Positions 25,904 to 35,890 are shown, numbered from the stretch's first letter. The stretch: DNA of 64,000 bases from a virus (IMGVR_UViG_3300034112_001564:1-64000); one strand, 5' to 3'. Numbers and translations are program-made. The notes: generated by a model from the letters alone, not told the origin.

Positions 25904-27661
25904 TCACGTTGGCCCACAAACCAGCGTTCCCGCGCTCATAATTGGTTTTTCCAAATCAATTTGGCCCCTATATATAAGGGCCTTTTGGTCCGAACCTCCG
26001 TCAGGATGGGCAATGTTCTCAAGATGGGCAACATGGGCTTGTGTCCACACGACGTACCGACGCCTGACGCCTGCCTCTGTCCGCACCCGCTCTACCCGAA
26101 ACTCGTCCTCGCCGGCTGCTGCCAGCATCCGCCTCTTGAGGGCCACCATGTCGCCCTCGTTGAGCCGGACCTTCCTTGTCTTCTGGATGTCCTCGAAGAC
26201 CCGAGTCCACGAGAAGTAGAGTTCGTAGACGCCGTCGCCAGACCGCACCCAGCACGGTCTGCCAGACGGGTGAGGCATGGAGTCGTCCATATCCGGCTCC
26301 GGCTTGGCGATGTTCGACAAACCGTCCAGCAGCCACCCCGCCACGACCGCATACCGCTGCTGTTCGGCAGGCGGCCACTCCTCGTCCCGATCATCCATCA
26401 GCTTGACCTTCAGCCCGCGAACCTTGACGGTCTTCTTCTCGCCTTCCGGCTTGTAGGAGTATCCGTTCCAGATTTTCGCCCACTCCTTCGGGTTTGGGTC
26501 CGTCACGTCGATCGTGCCGGTGGCCTCGAGCACCTTGCGGGCGACGGCGATCGGGCTTGACCAGTCTGCGCTGGTCAAGGAGACGAAGACACGCATCTTC
26601 TCGTCCTCGTCATCGTCCTGAGTGGCCCCAGGCAGGGGCACTCCCAGTCGGAACTCCTTGGGGTCAGAGTGGACGACAGTCAGCCGCCACAGGCCGGGGA
26701 ACCACTCGCCGCCGCGGATTTCCAGACCGCTGGCGGTGTGGGGGCTCTTCGCCCTGGCCTCGCGAACCTTCTCGTCAGCGTCCTTGTCTGTGCTTGCGAT
26801 CTTCGTGGCCCCGGAAGCCCTGGCCTTCATGCCCCAGCGGAGCTGCCCCTGCCATATCGAAACAAGTTGGGGGTCTTTAAGAGGGTCCGCCAACTGGGTC
26901 TTGTTAAGGGCGCGGAGGATTGTCAGCACGTTCTGCTGTTCAGCCGGGTCGTGCGGGTCTCGCATCCGCATGATCTCAGATGACACCCAGGCAACGAGCG
27001 CGTCGTTGCGCTCGCCCTCGACAATGATCCGCTCGTAGATCGTGTTTTTGGTGATCTCGCCTTCGCCGCCCTCGCCTCCGCACGCGGCTATGACCGCGAG
27101 CACAAGTGCCTCCGGCATCGTTGCCAGCTCGACTTCGTCGGGCGACCGCCCCGGCTCCCACGCATACTTCTTTCCGGTGTGGTGGACGCTAGGAGGAATG
27201 ATCGACTGCGTCATCTTGCCGCCGCCGCCGAACCGCACCTCCAGGCCATCGATCTTCTTGACGCCCTTGGATATGTCAACGAGCCGCTTGTCTATCTTCC
27301 ATAGGCGATGGCCGCCTCGGGAGGAGACGAACCCTGGGGTCGGTATGCCGAGCAGGCCAAACCGCTTCGCGGTTGCGAATGACTTCTCGTCATCCCACTC
27401 GGTATCGATCACGCCGCTGGACGGCCCGAGGGGGAGCCCGATGTTCCACATCTCTCCGTCCTCGTACCACGACGCAATCGTGTCCTCGTCGGTCGTGACG
27501 TGGAGAAGCCAGTCATCATGAATCGGATGCTTCCCCGGCATTCCGCATGACTTCCCCCGGAAGCACATGCAGCCCCCGTCGTCGCGCATTCCGTAGTTCT
27601 GCACCATCGGCCAGCCTTGGTTGGCCGCGTATCCTGCTGCTGCTTTGAAAATGTCGTTCAT
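25904..27661 (-). CDS. bifunctional primase-polymerase (prim-pol) domain protein
   Basis: GKHP, NIGL, IDTE, GGHRLW, PPSVH, GERN. Confidence 0.85.
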   Translation of the reverse strand: MNDIFKAAAGYAANQGWPMVQNYGMRDDGGCMCFRGKSCGMPGKHPIHDDWLLHVTTDEDTIASWYEDGEMWNIGLPLGPSSGVIDTEWDDEKSFATAKRFGLLGIPTPGFVSSRGGHRLWKIDKRLVDISKGVKKIDGLEVRFGGGGKMTQSIIPPSVHHTGKKYAWEPGRSPDEVELATMPEALVLAVIAACGGEGGEGEITKNTIYERIIVEGERNDALVAWVSSEIMRMRDPHDPAEQQNVLTILRALNKTQLADPLKDPQLVSIWQGQLRWGMKARASGATKIASTDKDADEKVREARAKSPHTASGLEIRGGEWFPGLWRLTVVHSDPKEFRLGVPLPGATQDDDEDEKMRVFVSLTSADWSSPIAVARKVLEATGTIDVTDPNPKEWAKIWNGYSYKPEGEKKTVKVRGLKVKLMDDRDEEWPPAEQQRYAVVAGWLLDGLSNIAKPEPDMDDSMPHPSGRPCWVRSGDGVYELYFSWTRVFEDIQKTRKVRLNEGDMVALKRRMLAAAGEDEFRVERVRTEAGVRRRYVVWTQAHVAHLENIAHPDGGSDQKALIYRGQIDLEKPIMSAGTLVCGPT

Positions 27662-28542
27662 ACACACGCCTCCACTTGGTTCCAGAGCTTCCCCCACGCC
27701 TCTCCCGCCGTATTCGCAAAAATTCGATTCGCAGCAAACTGCTGGCACAGCCACATTTGACGATCATCGAATTCCTTCGGACTTGCGACAACAACCGTCT
27801 TCTTCCTGGCGACGGCCATGCCGATCTCAAAGATTGTGCCGAAGCAGTCGTCCGAGCTGATCCAGGCAAACAGGAGATCGCACCTTGCGATCGCCAAGTC
27901 GATGTTCCTGTGGACAGCCGACATGGCCCGCCGACGTTCAGCATCGCTTGCCGGCACTTCCATCCCATGATTGTCAAAATCTGTCGACGTGTATGCGTGA
28001 GGCTCTCCGCATGAACAGGCAGTGCCGTGGCCGCCGCCAGCCCCGAAGTCGCACCACCAGGGGCCGACGTAATCAAGCCTCGCCCCGAATGCCGCGGCCG
28101 CCGCGCGAGGCGCTGAATCCCATCGCGTGCCGCTGTCGCTGTTCACGGCGGCGTAGTACCGATTTGAGTCATCGTTCTGATGCCCCCATCCCTCCACGAT
28201 CTCGCCGCGCCAGCCATCGCCTGTGATCTTTCCCGCAAGATAGACAGACCGAATGGGCTTTCCGCGTTCGATGAATGCCGGCGCGTAAACTCGAGGGTCG
28301 TAATTCGACTTGCCATGCGTGAACTCGTGGCAGTCCTTGCAGATAGCCTGCAAGTCCTCCAGCGGCTCGTCGTATTTTCGGGCATATGTCAGGTGGTGAA
28401 CGTGATCCATTTTGTTCACCCGACAGCGTTCACACTTGCCGCCGCTTCGCTTCCTGACCGCCTCGCGTCTGGCGCACCACTCTCTACTGCACAGATACGC
28501 CTGATACTTTTCCTTGCTGTCGCTTTCTATTTTCCAGTCCAC
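27658..28542 (-). CDS. HNH domain fused to NDT-like domain
   Basis: CERC...HVHHLTY...CKDCH then VYLAGKI...CDLLFAW...GTIFEIG; GGGAGG RBS. Confidence 0.75.
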   Translation of the reverse strand: MDWKIESDSKEKYQAYLCSREWCARREAVRKRSGGKCERCRVNKMDHVHHLTYARKYDEPLEDLQAICKDCHEFTHGKSNYDPRVYAPAFIERGKPIRSVYLAGKITGDGWRGEIVEGWGHQNDDSNRYYAAVNSDSGTRWDSAPRAAAAAFGARLDYVGPWWCDFGAGGGHGTACSCGEPHAYTSTDFDNHGMEVPASDAERRRAMSAVHRNIDLAIARCDLLFAWISSDDCFGTIFEIGMAVARKKTVVVASPKEFDDRQMWLCQQFAANRIFANTAGEAWGKLWNQVEACV

Positions 28543-28583
28543 TGTTCGCCTCCCTGCCTTCGCTGTTGGTGTTTGGGTGTTGT

Positions 28584-28883
28584 TCAGTTCAGCTCGTGCT
28601 GTCGATTCGCCGGACGGCTGACGATGCTGCTCGGCGCGTCGTGAAGGATCACCGAGTCCGAAAACGGCGTGATGGCGTCCCATGCGTTGCGAAAAAGCGA
28701 GACCTGCTCTTTCGTGGGGTGGATGTCCCAGCCAATCACGGCTCCGACGCCGCCGTCCTCGTTGTCGAAGACATCGACGGCCAGGATGCAGGACGGGCCT
28801 TCGTCGTGACGGATGAATTCAGCGATCGCCATAAAGACGCTGGCTACGCATGTCGTGCAGTCCAGCTCGACGTTCATTTCCAT
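28584..28883 (-). CDS. hypothetical protein
   Basis: AAGGA RBS. Confidence 0.55.
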   Translation of the reverse strand: MEMNVELDCTTCVASVFMAIAEFIRHDEGPSCILAVDVFDNEDGGVGAVIGWDIHPTKEQVSLFRNAWDAITPFSDSVILHDAPSSIVSRPANRQHELN

Positions 28884-28915
28884 TGATCAGTTCCTTCTTG
28901 GTGGTTGTGTTCGTT

Positions 28916-28961
28916 AAAAGACCCCCTGCGGAGCCGCCATCGCTGGCGACCCCGCAGGGGT
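28916..28961 (-). terminator. intrinsic terminator
   Basis: long GC stem CCCCTGCGG...CCGCAGGGG followed by TTTT. Confidence 0.65.
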
Positions 28962-28974
28962 TTGAGTCCCGCCC

Positions 28975-29098
28975 GCCCAGGCCCGTGGGAAAGGTGACAC
29001 GGGTGATCTGGGCCGACTTCCGGCGTTACGACGCCACAAACCGGCTTGGCGACCGGGCGGTTGGACGATGAAGCCAACCGCTATGGCCGCCGGCCCAG
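28975..29098 (-). ncRNA. candidate structured RNA (four-way junction plus hairpin)
   Basis: 10-bp closing helix 29089-29098/29008-29017 enclosing three hairpins. Confidence 0.45.
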
Positions 29099-29107
29099 CC
29101 GGCTGAA

Positions 29108-29896
29108 TCACTCGTCGTCGCCGACATCCGCCGCGGAGACAGTCGCCCCGGCCGGCGGCGTGTTGAACATCGCCGTCAGCGGGGTGTGGTAGACCTTCTC
29201 GGCCACCGTGCCCTGCTCCTCGGAGATCGTGCCGACGGTGCGGAACACGATCTGCGAGTACGGCTGCCCGCCGCCGTTCTTGACCTTCTGGAGCTTCAGC
29301 CCGATGACGCACTCGTAGGGGAACGAGGGCAGCCGCTTCTTGAACGGCAGCCAGTTCGCCAGCGAGCCAGGACCGACGGTCACGAGGATCGGCCACGTCT
29401 CGCCCTCACGCAGGATGGCAAGCACGCGGGATTCCTTGACCTTCCGCGACCGGCCGCCGGCCTTGCCCGAGCCCCAGCCAAACTCTGGGCCAGTGGACAA
29501 TGCCGCCCAGTCGTACTTGCGGTCGCCGATCCGATACTTCTCGAGAGCCTTGGGATCGCAGTCGCCCAAGGTGTCCTCAGAAACCCGATAGCCGACGATC
29601 AGGTCGTGCGTCACGATCACCGGCCGCATGTCAGACGGGTCGTCCTTCGGCCAGAGCGTGCCGCGGCGGCCCTCGGCGACGAGCAGACCGACGATCTCGT
29701 CGGTCGTCTCGATGTTGCCCTGGTTGTCGATCGCCCACACCGTGCCGCCGCCTGCCGGCGTCGGCACCTTGATGAGGTCTTGCTCCCTCATCGGCTCACC
29801 CTCGAGGTTCGACTGGATGATCCTCGCCTGCCGGCTGGTCGGCGAGAGCGAGGGGTAGTCGATGGTCTTCACGTTCGTCGAAATCGCAGTGCTCAT
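29108..29896 (-). CDS. phage replication/recombination protein (SSB-like by context)
   Basis: acidic C-terminus, position in replication module. Confidence 0.6.
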   Translation of the reverse strand: MSTAISTNVKTIDYPSLSPTSRQARIIQSNLEGEPMREQDLIKVPTPAGGGTVWAIDNQGNIETTDEIVGLLVAEGRRGTLWPKDDPSDMRPVIVTHDLIVGYRVSEDTLGDCDPKALEKYRIGDRKYDWAALSTGPEFGWGSGKAGGRSRKVKESRVLAILREGETWPILVTVGPGSLANWLPFKKRLPSFPYECVIGLKLQKVKNGGGQPYSQIVFRTVGTISEEQGTVAEKVYHTPLTAMFNTPPAGATVSAADVGDDE

Positions 29897-29971
29897 GGTT
29901 GTCTCCTAGAGCTTTCCTAATCGAGCAATCAAACACACCGCCCAGGCAACACGCCTGAGCGGCAACGCTTC

Positions 29972-30244
29972 TCACAACCGCTCTTCGCGGTCGCTTCTGG
30001 TGATGTAGTCCTCCTCCATCTGGCGACCTTCTTCCGCCGTGATGACGCGGGCGTCGATGGTCCGCATCGCCCGCCGGTAGCCGGCGTTCCCTGGCTGATA
30101 CCGCGGCCCCGTCGGGGGCGCAGGACGGGCAGCGATCTCGGGGTACGAGATCGTCGTGAGCCGCGTGCCGCTCCCCCACACGATCGTCGTGCGAGTCATG
30201 CCGTGGGCCAGGAACTCAACGTGTCGCGAGATGACATCGCTCAT
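29972..30244 (-). CDS. hypothetical protein
   Basis: GGAGG RBS, ATGA overlap. Confidence 0.5.
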   Translation of the reverse strand: MSDVISRHVEFLAHGMTRTTIVWGSGTRLTTISYPEIAARPAPPTGPRYQPGNAGYRRAMRTIDARVITAEEGRQMEEDYITRSDREERL

Positions 30245-30705
30245 GAGCCACCTCCGACCGTGAGGTGACGAAGAACGGGGCGGACGTATTCGCTGACGAG
30301 GCCGGCGAACGGCGTGCCATCTGCCCACGGCTGGCGGGCGTCCTTGCCCGCCGCCTTGTGCATCTCCTTGAGGACCGTCTTCAGTTGCGACGTGTTGACG
30401 CCGATCAACTGGGCTTCCATGCCCGCGGCCCTCACCGCAGCCAACACCGCGTCCTTGTTGTCGGCCGTGGCGGAAATCGAATGCTCCCACTCGACCCGCC
30501 AACTCCTTCCGGCAACCCTGACTCCGTCCAGGCGTCCTGCCGTCATCTCCTCGACGGCCAATTCAGCGAGACGATCCCGCTTTTTCTTCAGTTCCTTCAC
30601 CGTCAGCTCGGCCGCGTCGATCTCGCGGTCGATCTGGGCGATCTGCTCAAGCGCGTTCGAGAGCGGGCTTATTGTGTCTGGTGCTGTAGGCATTAATGAC
30701 GACAT
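30241..30705 (-). CDS. coiled-coil phage protein
   Basis: AAAGGA RBS. Confidence 0.65.
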   Translation of the reverse strand: MSSLMPTAPDTISPLSNALEQIAQIDREIDAAELTVKELKKKRDRLAELAVEEMTAGRLDGVRVAGRSWRVEWEHSISATADNKDAVLAAVRAAGMEAQLIGVNTSQLKTVLKEMHKAAGKDARQPWADGTPFAGLVSEYVRPVLRHLTVGGGS

Positions 30706-32041
30706 CGATCACTTCCTTTCGGTTACTGAGGGCTTCGTACACGCGGCCGTCCGCAGAAGTCTTGCCCTGTAGGGTTGCGACGAGACTGAAAAACCGCGTG
30801 CTTCGTTCCTGCCCAGGCCGGTGAAGGCGGGCAATTGCCTGGAGCCATTCGGAGAGGCTGTGGCCGAGGCTGTAGAAGACGCCGACGGCGGCCCTGGTCA
30901 AGTCGATGCCGATTCCGCCAGACTGGATTTGAGCGACCAGAACGGCGGTCTCACCGGCCTGCCACGCGGCAAGGGAGTCGATTCTACCTGATAGCTCGCT
31001 CACGCTGCGGCCAAGCGAGTTGCAGACGTGGATCACGCTGTCGATGTCCGACCTGAACCGGCAGAACACCACGAGCGGCTCGTCGGCCGGCATGTCCTCG
31101 AGCATGTCGGCGAACGCGGCACGCTTCGACGGCGTCTCGTCGATCTGCCTCGCGGTCGCCGTGTCGTCGAGCTTCATGAACCCGCTGGTCGCCTGGAGCA
31201 TTCGCAGCAGGCCGACCATCGCGTTGGCCGGCGTGATGTAGCCGCCGTCGACCTCGGCGCAGAACTCGCGCTCAAGCTGGGTGTAGACCTTGGCCTCCTT
31301 GGCCGTCATTTCGACCGGCACCTCGACATGGTGGATCGGCGGCAGGTCAAGCACGTCCTCGGATTTGCGGTGAAACGTCGTGGCCGCAACTTTGGCCGCA
31401 AATTGCTCGCGGTTTCGCCAGCCGATGACCATGCCGGGGACATGCGGATTGACTATGGCGTAGGTCGCCTTGAAAAGGCCGTAGAGCTGGCCGAATGTCG
31501 GGCATTCTGGGCTTTCGACGGCCCGCCATGTCCCGAAGGCGTCGAGCGGGCTTTGCGAAAGCATGGTGCCTGAAAGCCCGATCCTCTTCGCCGTCGGGTT
31601 TTTCTTGCCCAGCTTGGCCGCCCACTTGCTCGCCGCCCCCGACGGGGACTTCAGGCGATGAACCTCGTCCCACACCAAGCAGTTCCAGGAAACTTTTTCG
31701 ACTTCCTTGATCCGCCAGAGCGACTCGTAGTTGCAGACGATGATGACCGGCGAGGTGTCTGCCATCGCGGCGACGATCTGCCGTCCCTTGTCGGCCGAGG
31801 TGCCGCGGTCAAGCAGGATGATGCGGATTTCGGGCAGCCAGAGGGCCGCCTGCTTCGCCCAGGCCGGGATCACTGCCTTCGGGCAGCCGACGAGGATGCG
31901 GCGGATGCTGCCGGCCAGCATGCCTCGCTTGATGATCTCCAGAGCCACGCGGGTCTTCCCGCAGCCCATGCCGAGCCAGAGCAGGGCGTCACGACGCCCG
32001 TCGGCCCATTCGATCGCTTCCTGCTGATGCGTCCATAGCAT
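30647..32041 (-). CDS. SNF2-like/DExH helicase
   Basis: MGCGKT, DEVH, LSGT, GGIGIDL, ARLHRPGQ. Confidence 0.92.
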   Translation of the reverse strand: MLWTHQQEAIEWADGRRDALLWLGMGCGKTRVALEIIKRGMLAGSIRRILVGCPKAVIPAWAKQAALWLPEIRIILLDRGTSADKGRQIVAAMADTSPVIIVCNYESLWRIKEVEKVSWNCLVWDEVHRLKSPSGAASKWAAKLGKKNPTAKRIGLSGTMLSQSPLDAFGTWRAVESPECPTFGQLYGLFKATYAIVNPHVPGMVIGWRNREQFAAKVAATTFHRKSEDVLDLPPIHHVEVPVEMTAKEAKVYTQLEREFCAEVDGGYITPANAMVGLLRMLQATSGFMKLDDTATARQIDETPSKRAAFADMLEDMPADEPLVVFCRFRSDIDSVIHVCNSLGRSVSELSGRIDSLAAWQAGETAVLVAQIQSGGIGIDLTRAAVGVFYSLGHSLSEWLQAIARLHRPGQERSTRFFSLVATLQGKTSADGRVYEALSNRKEVIDVVINAYSTRHNKPALERA

Positions 32042-32066
32042 GCGCCTGCTCTCCTTAGCGGGAGGC

Positions 32067-32095
32067 AGGATATAAGGCTACTGAAAAAGAGTCAA
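32067..32095 (-). promoter_or_regulatory. promoter TTGACT-N17-TATCCT for the replication operon
   Basis: same -10 hexamer as P1/P2. Confidence 0.7.
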
Positions 32096-32634
32096 GCGGG
32101 CTTCCGCTTGCGTCCTTTTTTCTTGCCTGCGGCCTCGAGCCGGCGGGCGATGGACACGTTGGCTTCGCATGAGGCTCGCGAGAAAATCCAGCACCGGCTG
32201 CGGTTGTTGCGGCCGTTGGTCAGCACGCGGCCGACGATCTTCCCTGCCTTGGCGAGCCGCGGGGGGAACGTCCAGTGAACCGCGAGGATTTCCCCGGCCT
32301 CGCCCGTGGAGATCGCGTCGCCGAACTCGATCTGCTGCTCACATGCCGCGAGCTTCTTGAGCATGGCGGGCCGCTCGTCGACCGACGTTCTCGCCCGCTT
32401 GCCCGTGCCGCCCGACTTCATGGCGGCCTCGTAGTCGGCGAAGTCCTTGTCGCACTCTTTGCTCGAGTAGATCGCAAACGACCGCTCTGGGTCGGACACG
32501 ATCGGCGACAACAGCGCCCGCGTGGTCAGGAGCCCTTTTTCGGCCATCCGCTTCGGCTGCGTGAAATGGACGCCCAGGAGGCAGGCGGCCTCCCAGCTTC
32601 CCAGGGCAAGGTCAACAGGTTTTGCTTTTTTCAT
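32092..32634 (-). CDS. tandem-HTH DNA-binding protein
   Basis: internal repeat SWEAACLLGVH...AEKGLL / TGEAGEILAVH...AKAGKI. Confidence 0.7.
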   Translation of the reverse strand: MKKAKPVDLALGSWEAACLLGVHFTQPKRMAEKGLLTTRALLSPIVSDPERSFAIYSSKECDKDFADYEAAMKSGGTGKRARTSVDERPAMLKKLAACEQQIEFGDAISTGEAGEILAVHWTFPPRLAKAGKIVGRVLTNGRNNRSRCWIFSRASCEANVSIARRLEAAGKKKGRKRKPA

Positions 32635-32846
32635 CGTGTCCGCCTTCTGGCGGTCGTGCCGCCACAGGCAGGATACCCCCGCAACCTGCCCAAAATCCAA
32701 TTTCCGAAAAATCCGTCACGGCTCCCCTTGCACAAATTAAGTGGAGGATAGAGGATTTGAATACCAGTGCTGGCACCGACACATGGTGCCAGACCGGCCG
32801 GCAAAAAGCCAGCCGCCATACGGAAGACACATGGAGGTGCCTGCTG

Positions 32847-33068
32847 ATGCCCCGCTACACGGTGATCTGCGAGTGGTCGGATTCTGGCCCTGACGGCGGG
32901 TATGCCGTCGAGGACGCCGACGAGATCGTGGTCGTGACAGACACCCCGGCCTTGGCCGTGGAGAAGGCGAGAAAAAAATGGCGTATGACCATCGGTGCCG
33001 AGTGGCCGCACTGCCGGCTCACGAACGCATTCGTGCTGACAAAGGAAAAGTTAGCCGAGTCCCTATAG
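32847..33068 (+). CDS. hypothetical protein
   Basis: GGAGG RBS. Confidence 0.65.
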   Translation: MPRYTVICEWSDSGPDGGYAVEDADEIVVVTDTPALAVEKARKKWRMTIGAEWPHCRLTNAFVLTKEKLAESL

Positions 33069-33164
33069 GCGAAAAATTTTGCCCACACGCGCCCCCCCGA
33101 AGGGGGGCGCAATCAGTTGTCGCTGCGCATGGAAGTGGTACTTCCTTCAAGGGAGATGCACGCC

Positions 33165-34019
33165 ATGCTTTTGCACCATGTTCTTACTGATCTCTACGCG
33201 CCGCTGACCGGCATCAGCGGGCGCACGGTTGAGTTGTACGACTACACGCTCAGAAAATGGGCCGAGGTGCTCGGGCGACCGCCCGAGACCACCGACCTTG
33301 AGGAATTGTGCGTGGCGCAGTTCCTGGCCCACCGCGTCCGCACAAAGTCCGCAGCCTCGGCCGCGAAAGACAGGGCTCAGTGCCGCGCCCTCTGGGAATT
33401 CTGTGCCCGCCGCCGCCTCTGCGAGACGTGGCCCGCCATGCCGCGGATTATCGTGCCAGAGCGAGTGCCAGAGGCGTGGCTGACTGACGAGATGACGCGG
33501 TTGCTCGCCTCGGCAGCGCAGGAGCCTGGGAGGATCGGCGGCTTTCCTGCGTGCGACGTTTTCAAGGCATTGCTTCTTCTTGCCTACGACACGGGCGAAC
33601 GCATAACGCCCCTGATGGAGCTGCGGACATCCGACGTTCGTGGTTGCAACGTGATTTTCCGAGCCGAGCAGCGAAAGGGTAGACGCCGCGACATCTTGCG
33701 GGAGATCAGCGTGGCCTGCGCCGACGCCCTCTTGGCCGTTCGCCGTGGCCCTGACGACACGGCCATCCCGTGGGATCGCCACCGCACCTGCGTCTGGCGG
33801 CTCCTGAAGGTCATCCTCCAGCGAGCTGGCCTGCCGTCAGATCGGCGGTGCAAGTTCCACAAGATCAGGAAAACGACTGCGTCGTATTACGAAGCGGCCG
33901 GCGGGTCGGCTCAGAGGCTGCTTGACCACTCGAGCCCCGCCGTCACGAGAAAGTACCTCGACCCCAGGATCGTCAGCCCCGGCGTGCCGGCACCGAGCGT
34001 GCTGCCGAAAGTTGTTTAG
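33165..34019 (+). CDS. tyrosine recombinase/integrase
   Basis: TGER, HKIR, LLDH, RKY catalytic residues. Confidence 0.9.
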   Translation: MLLHHVLTDLYAPLTGISGRTVELYDYTLRKWAEVLGRPPETTDLEELCVAQFLAHRVRTKSAASAAKDRAQCRALWEFCARRRLCETWPAMPRIIVPERVPEAWLTDEMTRLLASAAQEPGRIGGFPACDVFKALLLLAYDTGERITPLMELRTSDVRGCNVIFRAEQRKGRRRDILREISVACADALLAVRRGPDDTAIPWDRHRTCVWRLLKVILQRAGLPSDRRCKFHKIRKTTASYYEAAGGSAQRLLDHSSPAVTRKYLDPRIVSPGVPAPSVLPKVV

Positions 34020-34309
34020 CTAGGCTCCACCCACGTCACCGTCGCCGTGTCGAGCGTCCAGCCTTCGCCGGGGCAGGGCGGGATAAAAGCGTCGATCCGC
34101 TCATCGTAGGTGTAGCCGAGGCCAGCGTAGTTGCCTCGAAAAGCTCTGCCCTGTGGATGCTGGTTTGCCTGCGTGTTGAAACTGGTCCGCTTGCACGGCA
34201 GCCCCCTCACCTCCGCATAGTGCGACTCCCAATCAACGCCCTCATCCTCGTCGCGCCCGACAATCACCTCGACGACGATGCCGTTCTGAAGAAATGCGTA
34301 GTGCGCCAT
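34016..34309 (-). CDS. conserved phage tail-associated protein
   Basis: MAHYA...TSFN...FRGNYAG.GYTYD...DAFI.P. Confidence 0.75.
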   Translation of the reverse strand: MAHYAFLQNGIVVEVIVGRDEDEGVDWESHYAEVRGLPCKRTSFNTQANQHPQGRAFRGNYAGLGYTYDERIDAFIPPCPGEGWTLDTATVTWVEPS

Positions 34310-34321
34310 CTGGTGCCTCAA

Positions 34322-35194
34322 TCAGGTGAACGTGACGGTGCCGGTGCCTGCTGTGATCGTCACGACGCTGTCCCCGTCGGAACTTGTTGTAGACGAAGTC
34401 AGTCCGGCACTGACTGCGATTTGCATGGATGACGCGAAGCGAAGCACAACGATCCCAGACCCTCCAGCACCGCCGACGCCCGTCGTACTACCAGAGCCGC
34501 CTCCTCCACCACCGCCGCCAGTGGACGCAGACCCAGCGGTGCCAGCACCACTTCCGACACGACCGTTGCCGCCGCCGCCGGTGCCGCCTAGTCCCTGCAA
34601 TTTGTTGCCCGTGCCGCCGCCGCCGCCACCGGCATAGGTGACGCTCGCACCGGAAATACTTGATGCAAATCCGCTGCCACCGTTCCCCGCCTTCGCGCTG
34701 GTACCAGCCACGCCGGCACCACCAGCACCGCCGCCGCCGCCGCCGAGTCTGTACGTCGCGCCGTCCGTTGAGCCAGCACCGCCGCCGAAGCCTTGCGTCC
34801 CGGCAACCTGCGCCGAACCGCCCGAGCCGGATGTCGATGTCACGGTGCCGCCGCCGCCGCCTGAGCCTCCGTCAACGCCAGCGAGAGCCGTAGCCGATGT
34901 CGCACCGCCGCCGCCGCCGCCAATCGCCACGACCGACAGTGCGATGGTCGGGGAGCCGTTGATCCCTCGCACCGTCACGCTGCCAGCACCACCGGCACCA
35001 ACCTGCACTGCGTAGGCGACTCCCAGCGCGACCGACACCGCCGTTTCCACGACGCCACCACCACCACCACCGCCGCCCTGCTCGCCGTTTCCGCCGCCAC
35101 CGCCGCCGACCACCAGTACCCTGACGGTGCGGTTGATCTGCGCACGCAGCCGCGAGGCACTCACCAGCGATGTGGAAGCGTTGCGGAGCGTCAC
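34322..35194 (-). CDS. glycine-rich virion protein
   Basis: LVVGGGGGG...GGSGIVVLR. Confidence 0.8.
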   Translation of the reverse strand: MTLRNASTSLVSASRLRAQINRTVRVLVVGGGGGGNGEQGGGGGGGGVVETAVSVALGVAYAVQVGAGGAGSVTVRGINGSPTIALSVVAIGGGGGGATSATALAGVDGGSGGGGGTVTSTSGSGGSAQVAGTQGFGGGAGSTDGATYRLGGGGGGAGGAGVAGTSAKAGNGGSGFASSISGASVTYAGGGGGGTGNKLQGLGGTGGGGNGRVGSGAGTAGSASTGGGGGGGGSGSTTGVGGAGGSGIVVLRFASSMQIAVSAGLTSSTTSSDGDSVVTITAGTGTVTFT

Positions 35195-35517
35195 TAGCTG
35201 ATCTCCACTCCGAAGGCACTGAAGGCTACGCTGGCCGACCCTGCGTAGACGCTCACAACGTCAGTCGCCGCCAGCGTCACGCCAAGCGTGAGAGTCACTG
35301 TGTCACTGGCCGGGAGCGGTGCGTCGTAAACCAGATACTGCGAGGTAGCAATCGACGCCCCAGCGGGCCGCACCGCGATCCGATAGGTGGTCGCCGTCGC
35401 GGCTGTGTTGCAAATCGTCAGCGACGACACAATCGCCTGCGACGGTGCCGTATAGAGCGTGGTGAGCGTGGTTGCGGCCGGGTTGCTTTGCCCCAAAACT
35501 TTATGTGTCTGCGGCAT
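35194..35517 (-). CDS. virion beta-sandwich protein, paralog of 45573-45947
   Basis: GGGAGG RBS, similar pattern. Confidence 0.7.
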   Translation of the reverse strand: MPQTHKVLGQSNPAATTLTTLYTAPSQAIVSSLTICNTAATATTYRIAVRPAGASIATSQYLVYDAPLPASDTVTLTLGVTLAATDVVSVYAGSASVAFSAFGVEIS

Positions 35518-35518
35518 G

Positions 35519-35890
35519 TCAGCCTCCCATAAGCAGGAACGGATGAAAAATCTGGTTTCGCACAGTGTCGGCAAGATCGGCCTCGGTGACGGCACCCGCC
35601 GCGCCGCCGCCACCCCCACCAGAAACCCCGACCTCCGCGTAGACGCTGCCCGTCCACTGATAGAGTCGCGAGTTATCCGACGCAAGGTGCAAGACGCTCG
35701 TCGATCCCGTGGCAGGAAAGTTCGCCGCCGTTGCGTAGGGGGCGATCGAGGAGAACGTCGTGACAGCACCGCTACTGGAGCGGTAGAACAGCCGACCGTC
35801 GGCTTGGTTCACGCCGATCTGGCCGTTACCAAGCGACGGAGGCGTGTTGCCAGCCGTGTTCGAGTATGGGTTGCGAACGACGTTTGCCAC
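35519..35890 (-). CDS. tail fibre-related protein
   Basis: GQIGVNQADGRLFY. Confidence 0.65.
   Translation of the reverse strand: MANVVRNPYSNTAGNTPPSLGNGQIGVNQADGRLFYRSSSGAVTTFSSIAPYATAANFPATGSTSVLHLASDNSRLYQWTGSVYAEVGVSGGGGGGAAGAVTEADLADTVRNQIFHPFLLMGG

Noticed and set aside
29008-29098. tRNA gene
   Set aside because: Four-way shape, but no T-loop TTCRA, D-loop or CCA signatures.
34322-35194. GCC/CCA microsatellite runs
   Set aside because: Explained by poly-Gly coding.
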